A stretch of DNA of 57,435 nt, counting the filler, from Dimargaris cristalligena (lineage: Eukaryota), in NCBI GenBank assembly GCA_003614675.1. It is 5 parts of 5 records of this genome, joined end to end, with 100 filler letters (N's around TTAATTAATTAA, not from the genome) between each part and the next. Parts side by side here need not be neighbours in the genome. Positions count along the whole stretch, not along the records: positions 1 to 11,425 come from ML003114.1; 4 more parts are not named here. One strand, given 5' to 3'. The notes under the pieces are model-generated. The model did not search any database and was not told the DNA's origin. It saw only the letters and a list, made by a program, of their open reading frames with translations. How positions within the stretch are numbered: position 1 is the first letter of the stretch; the number at the start of each line of letters is the position of its first letter. The position numbers and the translations under genes were made by a program. Shown in pieces: positions 1-11,525 of the stretch.

Positions 1-279
1 CCGCAATTCGGCTTCACGTATTTAGATGATTTTGCCGTCCGTGATTATCCCGACACCAATAGTGTACTGATTGAACGACCAGCGATGCTCAACGCCTTAC
101 GCACAGCTAAGAGTCAGAACAAGTACCCGTACTTGATTGACTTTGCGGCTTGGAACACTACAGAGGGATTGGAACTCATTACCAATTTCAACTCAAGACA
201 GTTCCGAATGGATACCATTAGTGGATTTACTTTGCAGTGGAGAGAATGTCTTTTGGAGTTGTCCCGTACTGCAGTGTAA
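1..279 (+). CDS. Possible 3' end of an unknown protein-coding gene truncated by the contig start
   Basis: Frame +1 is open from base 1 (PQFGFTYLDDFAVRDYPDTNSVLIERPAMLNALRTAKSQNKYPYLIDFAAWN...) to TAA at 277-279. No family recognised. Confidence 0.45.
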   Translation, partial: PQFGFTYLDDFAVRDYPDTNSVLIERPAMLNALRTAKSQNKYPYLIDFAAWNTTEGLELITNFNSRQFRMDTISGFTLQWRECLLELSRTAV

Positions 280-1481
280 TTTCTATACCTTAGTTTAGTT
301 ATTATCGAATCCCAAACCATTACGTATTTTGTCCAGAATTTTCGAGTTACACTCACAACTTACCAATGCTTGCAAGCTCCTACATTCTCCCTCCAATGGT
401 TTCAGATGGCCCATTATCACATATAGTAACGGGTTAATGAGCCAGACCAATGCTCTTTGCCACAAGTGCTTCACCCTAATTGTAGTTCAATCTGGCCTAT
501 GATGACTTATTGCCCTCAGCCGTGGATATAAGTTCTCGCTGGTAATATACCTGGCGAGAGACCTTAGTATAGTATTTACTAAATAAGGTCCATCCATTAA
601 TACTTTAAGAAACTATTACAACTTTGCCGACCTAGCATTGCTAACGCCTTATCAAAATAAACCCTTAGGTCAACCATTCCTAGCAAACCGCCAAGCTAAT
701 TTGTGCATTATATCTGCTTAAAAGTAATGAAATAATCCTACACAGGATAGAAAATAATCAACTAGCCAATTATCTATTTATCGCATATACTGCTTAATAA
801 ACAGCCCATGTTATATGTATGTCCATTCTCTTTCAGCTCCCTTATCCGGCACTACCAAGGAGAATTGCCTTCTGTACAATTAACTGCTAACTATAAGGTC
901 GAACATTCCCGAGGCCGCCCCTTCTGACTCAATGAGCATTCCTGCGCTTGATGGCCGGCAGGGATCGACCGTATCGGCGTTGGATCGTCCTATCCGCAAG
1001 GCAGAGCCCACCCCCTTCTCACCCCATAGCCTAGTACTGTGATAATGGTGCTGTCCAGCACCTAAGATGCCGGGGCCAAATATAGTCGTAGGGAATGTCG
1101 AACTCTAAACGTTCGGATAGATACATGCTTCAATTTTTGGCAAGGGCGGTACAAAACGTAAGAAATCGCGAGCTTTGACAAAAAAACATCATGTTTCTGA
1201 AATAAGCAGAGACAAACACAGCAATGTAAACATGTAAACTCACCAGTTTATTGAGTTAAATTAGTTCTGGAGTGCTTTTGGCCTCACCGACAGGTTTAAC
1301 AGGTTGTTTATATCCAACAGACATCCGGTTACTTTAATAACGGACCCTTACATGAACGAACGGGGTAGGTAGGATTTGCGCACGATGTTGGACTAGTGCG
1401 ATCGTTTGCCAGGCTAGACACCGGCATTGGAATGAAAACAACCCCACCCCCCATAAAAAAATAGACGGCAGAATTCCGACC

Positions 1482-2109
1482 TTATTTAGTTTGCTTCTTC
1501 AGCGTTCGGTATATGGTTTGCTTAATCCAAGCCTTGTCGTGGGGCCGATAAGCTCGGATGGAGTCGTCGTAGACGTAGCAGGACATATCGGTATGGTTGT
1601 CAATGAACTTGTTGAGGTCGTCAATGTGGTAGTTGATGTGGGACTGGCTGGGGTTCAGCGACTTGAGGCGAGCTTCATAGAATGAGATAAGGGCTAATGT
1701 GGGGCGTGTAAGTGAACATGCACGGGGGGATCAACGAGCAAATGAGAGTGGGTGAATAACGCTAAAAACAGAACAGATGGCCAGTATCGGAAGCACCTAT
1801 TAGGTGGCGAATTGGCCCGAAGCCGCTGAACATTGAGCTATAGGAGTGAGGGGGGCTTGGCTGGGGCTGGGGGACAGTAATTGTATAGGAATCCAACCGA
1901 ATTCATCCGGAATCAATTTTTTTGTTACCACGATAGGTAGGACAATGCAGGAAATCCCAACGTGGTTGAGGTTTAAGAAAGAACGCGGTAGATGGACTGG
2001 GGCTGGTCGTGAGTTGCTTACCTTCAACCATCAAGGTAGCGGATTCGTAGTCGTAGTACCTGCGGCTGGTATGGTCTTTGACCTGCGTAAGAAGAAGAGT
2101 GTGACCCAT
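1482..2109 (-). CDS. ERH: Enhancer of rudimentary homolog, 99 aa, 2 exons (2109-2022, 1693-1482)
   Basis: Manual splicing of a GTAAGC...TTAG phase-1 intron gives MGHTLLLTQVKDHTSRRYYDYESATLMVEALISFYEARLKSLNPSQSHINYHIDDLNKFIDNHTDMSCYVYDDSIRAYRPHDKAWIKQTIYRTLKKQTK*. This is colinear with the ERH family pattern (HTILLVQ..R.Y.DYES..YE..LK..NP....I.Y.I..L..FID...D.SC.VY....Y.P..K.WIK..IY..L). The CDS is 300 nt, in frame. Confidence 0.93.
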
Positions 2110-2880
2110 TGTGCTTGAAGGGATGTGTGAACGGCACGTAAGGCAGGGACAAATGTAAAGAAGAAAAGGGATATAGCAAACGGAATGAATTGGTCCAAGC
2201 AAGGAAAATAACTTAGCCAAAATAAAGACGCAACGAAACGAAAAAGACAAAACGGTTAAGCCAAAATCAACGAATCTGAGAAACTCCTATGAGTGGTGGT
2301 GGAAGGGGGGGAAATAGGTCGCCTGATATCCAGGCGCTGGGAGAATAAGAGGCATGTTTAACCATTAAGGCATTCCTCAAATTCCGATATACTGTTTGGG
2401 GTTATTAGAGCTACCTTACCGGCATTAGTGACTAAAAATTCATGGAAATGGAACTCCCTCTACTAATGGTATAGTATTCCATACCCCCTTTCTACGAGGC
2501 TGGGTAATAGGGCCCTTATTTTGATGCCGTTTCTGTTCTCTTCATTCCGGAAAGTGCCTCAGAAGGCAGAAAAGAAACTATGCAACATTTCCCCAGTTAA
2601 CACGCCTACCAATCCTACAATTAAATCCAGGTCTTGTGAATGAAGGTATTATTCAACCTTCCCACTTGACCACCACTACCATCTACCATGAACTCTGCGA
2701 AGGCAGTATTGGAATATCTGTGGACTGAAGAATCGCGGGATCTTCGAGTATTTGACATTCATATTCCCTTTAAAACCATCTTCCATACAAAAACAAGCGC
2801 GGTTCTAATTGTACCAAAAAAATGGAAACTGAAATATAATACCCACAGCATGCTATGATACACCCAGGTTCTCTAATTTT

Positions 2881-3104
2881 TGTTGAGGAATATGTACCTA
2901 CGTGTTCTTTATCCTATCCTATTTTTATCCAATTACGTTAGTTTATTCTGCTATCATGAGATCATTCATATTAGCCACTTACATTTCACCTCACAGAAAA
3001 TTACAGTTCAATAAAACTAACCACCTAGAGGCACCTACCGTCCTCTAGCTGCTTTCTTCCCTTTCTTCCAGTTGTATTTCCCTTAAGTCCTTAGTATTCC
3101 AATA
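2881..3104 (+). mobile_element. Solo LTR, family A copy 1
   Basis: Begins TGTTG and ends CAATA (decayed CAACA), with an internal AATAAA. Aligns along its length with 35495-35711. Flanks ATTTT/ATTCT resemble a decayed 5-bp target-site duplication (TSD). Confidence 0.7.
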
Positions 3105-3586
3105 ATTCTATCCCATCATATAAATCTTACGGAAACTTACAGTAACATAGAAACACCTTATTGGTATCCTAATTGAGGCTCACCCTGCTTCATCACTTAC
3201 GGTCCTGTTAATGATGAGTATAAGGATGCTGCAGCAGATAATTGATACCCATGTATCTAGATAAAACCCATTCAAAACCTGATACCCACTATATTAACAC
3301 GGCATTTGGGGCCGAAACTGGCCCATTATACCGCTCTTCATATCCAAAATAAAAAGTATGTTTTTATTAATATGTTTACGTAGTGTTCCCGTTAAAACCG
3401 TCCAGGGTCTGCAGGGAGAACTGGAAATGCGGTGAAAATGGATTATTGACATGGTAATAATAATCGAAGGGAACCTTCAAAAACTAGGAAGTAACGGGAG
3501 TTGTTGAATTTGATAACAGCGAATGGGTGCAAATCCCCCCGTCCTGCTGGTGGTTATGCTAGCCACTCTATTAAGTAAGTGACCAG

Positions 3587-4117
3587 CTACGGGATGACAA
3601 AATCAGAAACGTTGGAGCTGCCGCTATATAAAAAGTAAAAAAAAGCCGGAGCCCCTCTTAAAATATATCTCGCATGGACTTCTGGATAAATCACGTCCCG
3701 CTTTTCGACCATAATTTTTACCGGCCGGGTCGAATTTTCAAAAGGCGCCACTTCGACTGCTCGTTTTTTTGTATCCACATCTGGCCTTCTGTTCGATATC
3801 CCTCGGTTGACGGCGGCAATGGGTCTGGACCAGGTATTATCGAAATTGTCAGCTAAGTGGTCATAGAGGCCTTTAGCTGGATTCTCGTATTCCAATTGTC
3901 TGGAAGAGCGTTGGTGAAAGGAAGCTTGATTTAGAGACTGGCGGCCTTTGAATAAAGAGTGTCGGCGATTCAAATGTTGGTTTTCGGCAATAAGGAATTC
4001 CGGGTTCTCTGGCATCGCTGGGAAGATGGCGTTCAGCGAATTGGGCGGTATTACCGAACCGTAGACCATGGTGAGTGTGGCGAGAAAAACTAGCCAAGAA
4101 GTCCTTACAGAAACCAT
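3587..4117 (-). CDS. Orphan secreted protein, 176 aa, with several dibasic sites
   Basis: ATG-initiated intronless ORF with a signal-peptide-like N-terminus (MVSVRTSWLVFLATLTMVYG) and RR/KKR/KR sites. TATA-like TTTATAA upstream at about 4404-4410 on the minus strand. Confidence 0.65.
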   Translation of the reverse strand: MVSVRTSWLVFLATLTMVYGSVIPPNSLNAIFPAMPENPEFLIAENQHLNRRHSLFKGRQSLNQASFHQRSSRQLEYENPAKGLYDHLADNFDNTWSRPIAAVNRGISNRRPDVDTKKRAVEVAPFENSTRPVKIMVEKRDVIYPEVHARYILRGAPAFFYFLYSGSSNVSDFVIP

Positions 4118-5615
4118 ATTGAATGGAGTACCCGATAGTGCAGGTTGTGGGGCTTTGTGAGATACTGAAATAATACCTATAAAAAAATGCGCCAGACTAG
4201 TACAGAAGCAGCCAATGTCAATATGTGGAATTATAGGACCAATTTGAAATAATATACCAGAAATGCTGAGTGAAATTGAATGTAAATATCTAAAATATGA
4301 GTCAAAATATAATTCGTAGTAAAGATGCCGGGATAGACAAGTTAACCACTTTCATCGACAAGGGATTGCGGAATGAAGTTCAGGGAAGGGCGGGTGAGAT
4401 TCCTTATAAACTGCCTTGATGGGCCGGTCCTAGGGGGTTATTTTCGAGAGGGCCACGGCACATGGTAGTTACGGCCACTTTAGGCACCACCGATCGACTT
4501 GGGCTATTACGGGGCGGCTAAAACCATTACCGATTGGCCGCTCTCGTAGACAGTCAAGTGTAGTTCACGACCAACCCCATAATAACAAGGAATTATCAAT
4601 GACTCTGCGTCGATACCATAATATCAATTTGTATTCTTAATCACGGGTACCTTCTGACTTGCCCTATTCGGCCGATCCGGCGTCGTTAATCTCGATATTT
4701 TCTGCCGAAGACTCATCCGCTCGTATTATTTTATGATTCCATGACCATCATTACTTGCTTGTCCCCCCTTCACTCCACTCCACCAGTATCCTCATTTACG
4801 TCGATTGACAACCATGCAAGGCGCCGCCCACCCCCCTATCCAATTGTCTTGGACAAATCTCCCGATGTTCTGTGAGCAATCACTTTGTAAAAAAATAATA
4901 ATTGGTGGTCAGTTCAGATTCACCGTTTATCAATTAGCATTATTATCCACCTATGAGTTAATCGTAATACCAAATGTGTGTTCTTTCCTCACTTTTTGCA
5001 CAATTCGATTGGTGTTATTATGCGGGCGGCTAACGCGATTTTCCTTTTTCATTAAATGTCAACTGGCAATTATTTCATCCGATTGGAGGAGGCAGTTCGA
5101 TGTACCAAATGGGCGGCAATCACTAGCATCCCGATTTCCACGATTCTTTTACATACAGGTGAAATTCATTACAACCGTACGGGACTTCAACAGATATGCA
5201 ACTATGAAAATAGTGGGGAGGGGGAAGTATACCTTTCTCCAAACGGAGAGTTGGTTGGGCAGCTGGGCTAGGATTATTCCATATAATACATACCATGGAT
5301 TATCCGGATTGGTGTTCCCTAACCATCCGGCGAATAATGGCATAATATTTTGCTGCCCCTCCCATGTTTAACGAGAACGGCCGTGAGTGGACTAGATGGC
5401 GCATTGGTCTACTAACTAACTTCAGTACTCTGTATTATACATCTAACCGCCCATTAAAGTTGTAATTAAGTAAGGTTGATAGATCGCTCATATCGAAACA
5501 GTGCGTCCTTTTTTATTAATACTGTAACAATTCTACCTATAAAAAAAAATTGAAGTATGATTCCAAGGCACCACCAACAAAGGGTAACAAACTGAATGTA
5601 TGAATGAAAATCCAA

Positions 5616-8600
5616 TCAATACCGGCGCATATCATTCATGGGGTAGCTCTGATCCGCCCCACCGCCGCCGTTGGAATAAAGGTAAGCCGGCGGATGGCCC
5701 GGTGGATCTTGTCCCCGATAGGGCGAGTATATGGGCGGTTGGGACTGCGAAGCGGCCGGCGGCGGCATCATACCGCCACTGCCCATTGGGGGACCATTAT
5801 ACGGCATGGGGTCGACGAAGCTGGGTCCGTAAGCGGCAGCTGTAGGAGGGTACTGGTGGGTATTGTCCAAATTGGTGTAGCCTGCCGCCGAACCCGTGCC
5901 TGACCCCGATCTCGACGCCGCGGGGGGCTTATTACCGCCACCACCGAATGGCCAGAGACTAGTACCCCCGGCAGCGCGGGTGGCCATAGCCGGCCCGGCT
6001 CGTCGACCATTCCCACCGCAACAGCCGTAACACCGTATACATATCGAATACAGTATGGCCAATACCACAATGACGATTAAAATAGTGACCGGAATAGCCA
6101 CTTGAAGATTCCGCTGGTACATGAGTAAAAAGTCGTACAGGCCGTTATCGCCCTTGCATTTACCGTCCCGGCATTTCGCATGGAAGCCGCAGACGGTACC
6201 GTCAATGAACGAGCCGGACATGTAAATGCAGCTGAGGGTGTTTTGGGGGTTATCGCATTGGAGGTCGCAGGGGTCCAGGCCCGTATTGAGGGTACAGTGT
6301 TCTTTGATAAAGAGGGAACCTCCGCGGGCCACACATTGGGCATCGCGTGAGGTACATTGGCCGCTAGCGCATTGGAGACCGGAGTCCTTAGCGCCACAGT
6401 CCGTCCCATCGGGTATCCGAACATCCGAGGGGCACGTCGAATTCATCCCATCACAGGTTTCCGCCACATCGCACTCGGAATACTTGGAGCGGCACACAAA
6501 ATCAACCGGGCGAATTTGGCAATTGTTGCAGCAGAGGGCGTTGGAATCACTGCACACGGCCCCGGGTTTGAGTTTGCATGTGGTCCCATCGCAGCACTTG
6601 TTGTTGGCGCATTCGTCCGGGGTACCGCAATCACATTCCTCGCCGGGTTCCTGGATGCCGTTACCGCACATGGCCGATTCCAAGGTGGTTTGGGCCCCTG
6701 GTTCCGTGAGGCATTTCCCCTGCGCCTGGATGGTGGTGCACATCTTATCAACCGAGCAGGGACTAAAGTTGTTGGTCTTCACCGGGCTGGTGGGGTTCAT
6801 GATAAACTGGGACTGGCAACTACACTGGTCCTCACAGGGGCAGCAACTACAGCCGGTACCCGGATTACAGGGACAGGTCGAGTCGTCGCAGTCGTGAATG
6901 GCCCCGAAATTGTGCCCGATTTCGTGAGCGACCACCTGCCATTCCTCCCGGCTGACGGCTGATACGGCCGCTCCGGTCACGTAGGAAACGACCGTTCCCG
7001 ATAACTGTTGATTCACCGTAGTCTGACAGAGAGTGCCGAGCCAGGCGATACCCACCTCCGACCCCGAGGCACACATGGTCATGAGGTGCCACAAACCCGC
7101 GTTGTCCTTTCCCTTGGCTCCCCGCCACTGACTAAAATCACTGAGCCGGCTGTCGATGGGATAATCCTGGCTGCACGCTTGGTTCCAGAGGGCTTTGGCA
7201 TCCGGGGTAGATGGACACCCACTGTCCTGCAATTGGATATCAATCACCCCCAGCATAATGTTGAACTGGCGTTCGTATACGGCCGAGGCCTGGTTCCAGT
7301 TACTCAGGATTTGGGCCCTCGTTTTATCGGGGGTTTGGTATTGGGTGGAGTAGGTACAGTCAGCGGCGACCCCGAAATACACGATGCGCTTGTTGCCCTT
7401 GCAGGTAGTATCGGAAGTTTGCCGCCGCAGGTTAGCCCCCACGGACCGGCGGTGGAGCGAGGGCCAGGGAGAGTGCCCCACTTCTTCGTAGGTAGGCAAG
7501 TCCCAATTTGATAGGAAGGCGTCGGCTTCGCGAATGGCCCATTCATCATTGCCGGCCAGGTTCTGGGCCCCACAAGTGCCCACAAGCATAGCGGGCATCG
7601 AACTCGACCGGTCGGTATCCACGGGGGCGTAATCTGAACTCCGGTAAACAATCATCTGGGAATTCACATGAGCGGGGGAACGCAAAAAGGGGGAAGTGAC
7701 AGTCGGGTCGTCGGCGCGTTTCGTAGCTTCGTAGATGTCTACCGGTTTGATATGGTACGATTCGCCTTGGAGGTGGAAGGAGCCTTCAAACACGTGCTGA
7801 CCGTCGGGGCCGGTCTCCAGAATGGAAAGACGGGCTTCACCGGGAATGGAGTGGTCGTCGAACCCCAACGGCTGGTCGGAAGCTAGGGGGCCGTTAGTTT
7901 GCCACTGGTGCCGAAAGAGTTCTTGGCTAGGAAACAGGGGGAAGTCCGCTGGGGTTGACATGGCCAGTGGGTGGGTTGCTGGGTAGGTCGAACCGACGCG
8001 AACTACGGAGCCCTTGTAAATTTTAAACCGGGAGCGTTGAACATCAGCCGTCGGGTTCATTGGGTTAACGGTCGTTAAATCTGGATGGAACAGGTCGTGG
8101 TTGGGCTCCAAAAGGAAACGAAAAGTGGTATTGAAAGCGCGGAATTCGAATTGGAAAATATCGGAATAGTGAAGGTCGGGTGGGTTCATCAAGACAGAGC
8201 CCTGGGTTGACGGCGATAGAGAACCGTCATTGAGCGACCGTCGACGGAGGTTCGTTGGGCCACTCCGACTATGGACCATTATTTTAGTGTTACTCGGGAA
8301 TTCATATCGAGTTATTTGGCGGATAGTGTCGGCATGGGATCTAGCCGCGACACCTGTTGGGGTCACATGCCGATAGTAAGGACAATATTAAACAACCGGT
8401 ATATGTGTATATATGGGTTAGTCCTTAACAAGGAACACGGTTTATGCGCAAGATAGAAAGCCCATTTGGATGTGCGGTTAGACTATACTGAGGATAACTG
8501 GAAGGGAAAACGCAATCCGGCTAGTTAACGCAGAAGTGTTCCTGCGGATGTGAGGAGCGTCGTAGGGGCACCTCTTGGATAGAAGGGACCCCTGCGCTGG

Positions 8601-8682
8601 TTCACCTGTTATATGTTATTAGTTATTGAACCAGCGACCTACCCGTTATTAGAGAAATGAGCAGAATGGGAGTTATTAACAT
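5616..8682 (-). CDS. ADAM-family (M12B) metalloprotease-disintegrin, about 925 aa, 2 exons (8682-8643, 8353-5616)
   Basis: Zinc motif HEIGHNFGAIHD, Met-turn (FIMNP), disintegrin start CGNGIQEPGEECDCG, Cys-rich region, TM helix (VAIPVTILIVIVVLAILYSICI) and Pro-rich tail. An upstream exon joined by a phase-1 GTAGGT...ACAG intron supplies the signal peptide MLITPILLISLITGVAA. Confidence 0.95.
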
Positions 8683-10229
8683 GACTCAGCGAAACAGAAT
8701 GACCAGGTGTAGAAAAGTCAATAATATGAATAATAAATACACGAAGACTAATGAAGGGCTGTACAATGGACGGGCCGGTGGACGCTGACTAAGTAATAAA
8801 AGTAAAACGAGAGCGGGTGGAAGTGAGGAATGGGTGAGCGGTCCAAAGATACATATTCGGGAAGGGAGTAGTATTGCAAGGAAAATCATTTACAACGAGT
8901 ATGCTGCCCTCCAAGTATAAGTGCGCTCATATTCAATGAGAGGGAAATAATAGGACCCACGCCTTAGCCTGCACATCCTTTCTCCGCCCCTATATCGCTC
9001 TCACTATAGCTGATGGCCATCGGTACACTGGAATGCCAAGGCTGGTGATTGTTGTACTGTCATTCGTTACTGGAGTATACAGGTTGCACAGTCTGGCCTG
9101 CAGTGGGTGACTGGATACACCCCCACATGCCATATCGGAGTGGCGTGTGTACCCTATACCTTAGGGCCTGACCACTACGCGGGCATTAATTGCGCCAGTG
9201 TATGTCTATAGTTCAGGGGCTGTATTGGAAAGTTACCAGCGAAGAAAGGGAAAAAGGTCCAACTAACGTGGACTTTACTTGGCAACTTTATTACTAGCCA
9301 TTTATTGACAAAGGAAGATTCGGCCCAATAAACATGAAGAAAAGAACATTCCATCAGAGTAGACTTCTTCCTCTCACTTAGGGTGAATCAAAGTGACCCA
9401 CGAATAGAGTGGCCATGGAACTTGTAATTCGCTAAAGACGAGAGAGATGGGCCCACTCAGACCAGAGACAAGGGGCCCAACAGTGTAACATTTTCCTTGT
9501 GGATGATTCGATAGATGCCAGCGGGATTTACCTCTCCGATAACTGCTCGCTAATTCGTTATGAGGGTCAGCAATAGCCAATACAGCCAGGTATCTGACAC
9601 TCATATGAGAGAGTATAAGAGAGATCCTTACTGACAGCACATTACTAATAATTTACCTTCTCACTGGGTATTACAGCTCTTGACCACCATTCCTTAGTCA
9701 TAATAGTAAAAGTAGTCTTCCAGACCCACATTGTACATCACCTGGGATAGGTATATCCCAACCGGACAGCAAGGAAAATTCCCCCTACTGGGTGAGGTTT
9801 TATTGGTAACTATTCCATTATGTCTATAATTCCATGTTATCCTTCTATTTGAAAGCCCATACAGTAGGGTAGACATCTAAGTATACTCTCTTTAATCACC
9901 TTGGGTTTTAATTTGTAAGTATATAATTTAATGAGAATGAACAAAACCAGCTATTGTAAAATTTTAATTTGCAGGCTGTTTGCAGAAATAGTTGACTACA
10001 GAAAGAGTATAACTAATATCCTCTCATTAATAGTAATGGTAAAGCAATTAAATAAAGCATAGTAATCAATTGATTAGGGAGAGACCTGTAAAAGTGCAAT
10101 TGGCCAAAATTATGGCTATCAGTGATTTTAGGATATAAAAATTAAAAAAGTTGTAGCACCAACTATTCCCAAGTAATCTCTCCACCTCAGTACTAAATTG
10201 GCCAATAAACACTTAACTTTGCAGATCTA

Positions 10230-11012
10230 ATGGGATACAGTGCTAACATTCACATATGGCTTAATACTGCCCAGACAAAAACCCTAGAAAAAGCCCAAGA
10301 TATCTGCCTATGGCAGATTATTGGTGGCCAGGATAGATCGTCTACCCATGTCCTCCGCCATATCTATGGCCTCCCATCAATGGCACATAGGGCCCAGATC
10401 CTCACTGCTAAATACTGCCTCCGGGTAGCCCTTCTGCCAGAGGATAGCCTCCTTACACTCATCCAGCCAATCCTCCGAGAATCCTACCTCTCTTCCACTC
10501 TCTTCCTCTCTATCCCCCCGTCCCCCTCTAACTCTGATATTAGGACTGCCATACTGAAGGCCCGCCTTACTGAAGTTGATTTACTACAAAGTACCCAGGC
10601 CCTTATGAAAGGCTGCCACCATCTTATTGGCAAAGACCCCATTACCTACTTGCCTGCCACTCGCCTTGAACGTCACCGTCTAATTCGCTGGCATATGGGG
10701 TGGTTGCCAGGCTGCTATAAGGATTGCCCATGTGGCACTGGCCACACATCCCGAAACCATCTCCCAAAATACCCTCTTATCCCCCGGCCACTATTTAATG
10801 CACTGCCACCCCCCCCAACAGATATTAACCCCATCGATTTTGCCATCTCCTCCCTACCAACATCCCCCCGCTACCCCTGCCGTTTTTGGGCCCCCCTCCT
10901 TAAAATACTACTGTATATTGACCATATATACCACCCTGATATCATACTCCCCCCAGAGGACTCAGACTCAATTTGGTCTACTACCACTGCAGCCATCCCC
11001 CTAGCTATATAG
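10230..11012 (+). mobile_element. Degenerate 5'-truncated non-LTR retrotransposon (LINE) ORF2 C-terminal relic
   Basis: LEKAQDICL.QIIGG..SST.VLRH..GLPSM..R..IL.AKYC and RLIRWHMGWLPG...CPCG....SRNH resemble the post-RT and CCHC region of LINE-like ORFs of early-diverging fungi (from recall). Lies in CpG-poor DNA and is followed by a pyrimidine-rich tail. Confidence 0.7.
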
Positions 11013-11360
11013 CCTGCCACTATAGCTTTACCCCCCCTCCCCTTTTTTTAATTCTCTTTCCTTTTTTTTCTCCTGTTATTTTTTCTTTTGTTTCCTCTTC
11101 CTCACCATTTTATTTCCTTTCCCTTTTACTAGTACCCCAATTCAATAGACACTGGTAGGTGAAGTGTAAGTAGAGTCATGTAGCGATCTGCAGCAATATC
11201 CCTTTGAAAGCAACCCCTGGACATCCACCTTTACTTCACCACCAACCCTACCACCCCCCTCTGTAAAAGTTTTACTGCATAGCCCTGCTACTAAGTAGCA
11301 GTGGCTAATGTGTTCTTTTATTTGATGCCCCTAGGGTGGAGACCTAAAATGCCATATAGG

Positions 11361-11420
11361 TGTGGTGAACTTACCACATTTTTTACCTACTTATATTTTT
11401 TATCTATTTTTCACACTTAT
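11361..11420 (+). repeat. Contig-end repeat with GTGGTGAACTTACCAC hairpin, copy 1
   Basis: Near-identical to the reverse complement of 23046-23105. Confidence 0.8.
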
Positions 11421-11425
11421 TAGAA

Positions 11426-11525
11426 NNNNNNNNNNNNNNNNNNNNNNNNNNNNNNNNNNNNNNNNNNNNTTAATTAATTAANNNNNNNNNNNNNNNNNNN
11501 NNNNNNNNNNNNNNNNNNNNNNNNN
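11426..11525. other. Artificial contig spacer
   Basis: 44 N + TTAATTAATTAA (stops in all six frames) + 44 N. Confidence 0.99.

Noticed and set aside
808..1042. Small spliced gene using GTATGT...GCTAAC...TAAG signals
   Set aside because: Splicing from the nearest ATG yields only 12 aa, and the longer frame has no compatible start.
3211..3282. Possible C/D-box snoRNA (ATGATGA...CTGA)
   Set aside because: There is no terminal stem, and I could not confirm an rRNA-complementary guide. It would need snoscan or Infernal.
4805..5371. 188-aa plus-strand ORF
   Set aside because: TTG start, non-coding-like composition and no motif.
5600..7886. Long plus-strand and alternative-frame ORFs over the ADAM gene (and similar ones over the DUF3712, cyclophilin, MPDU1, GYP2, TOF1 and TSPO genes)
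   Set aside because: Shadow ORFs caused by GC3-biased codon usage of the real gene. They have no recognisable motifs.
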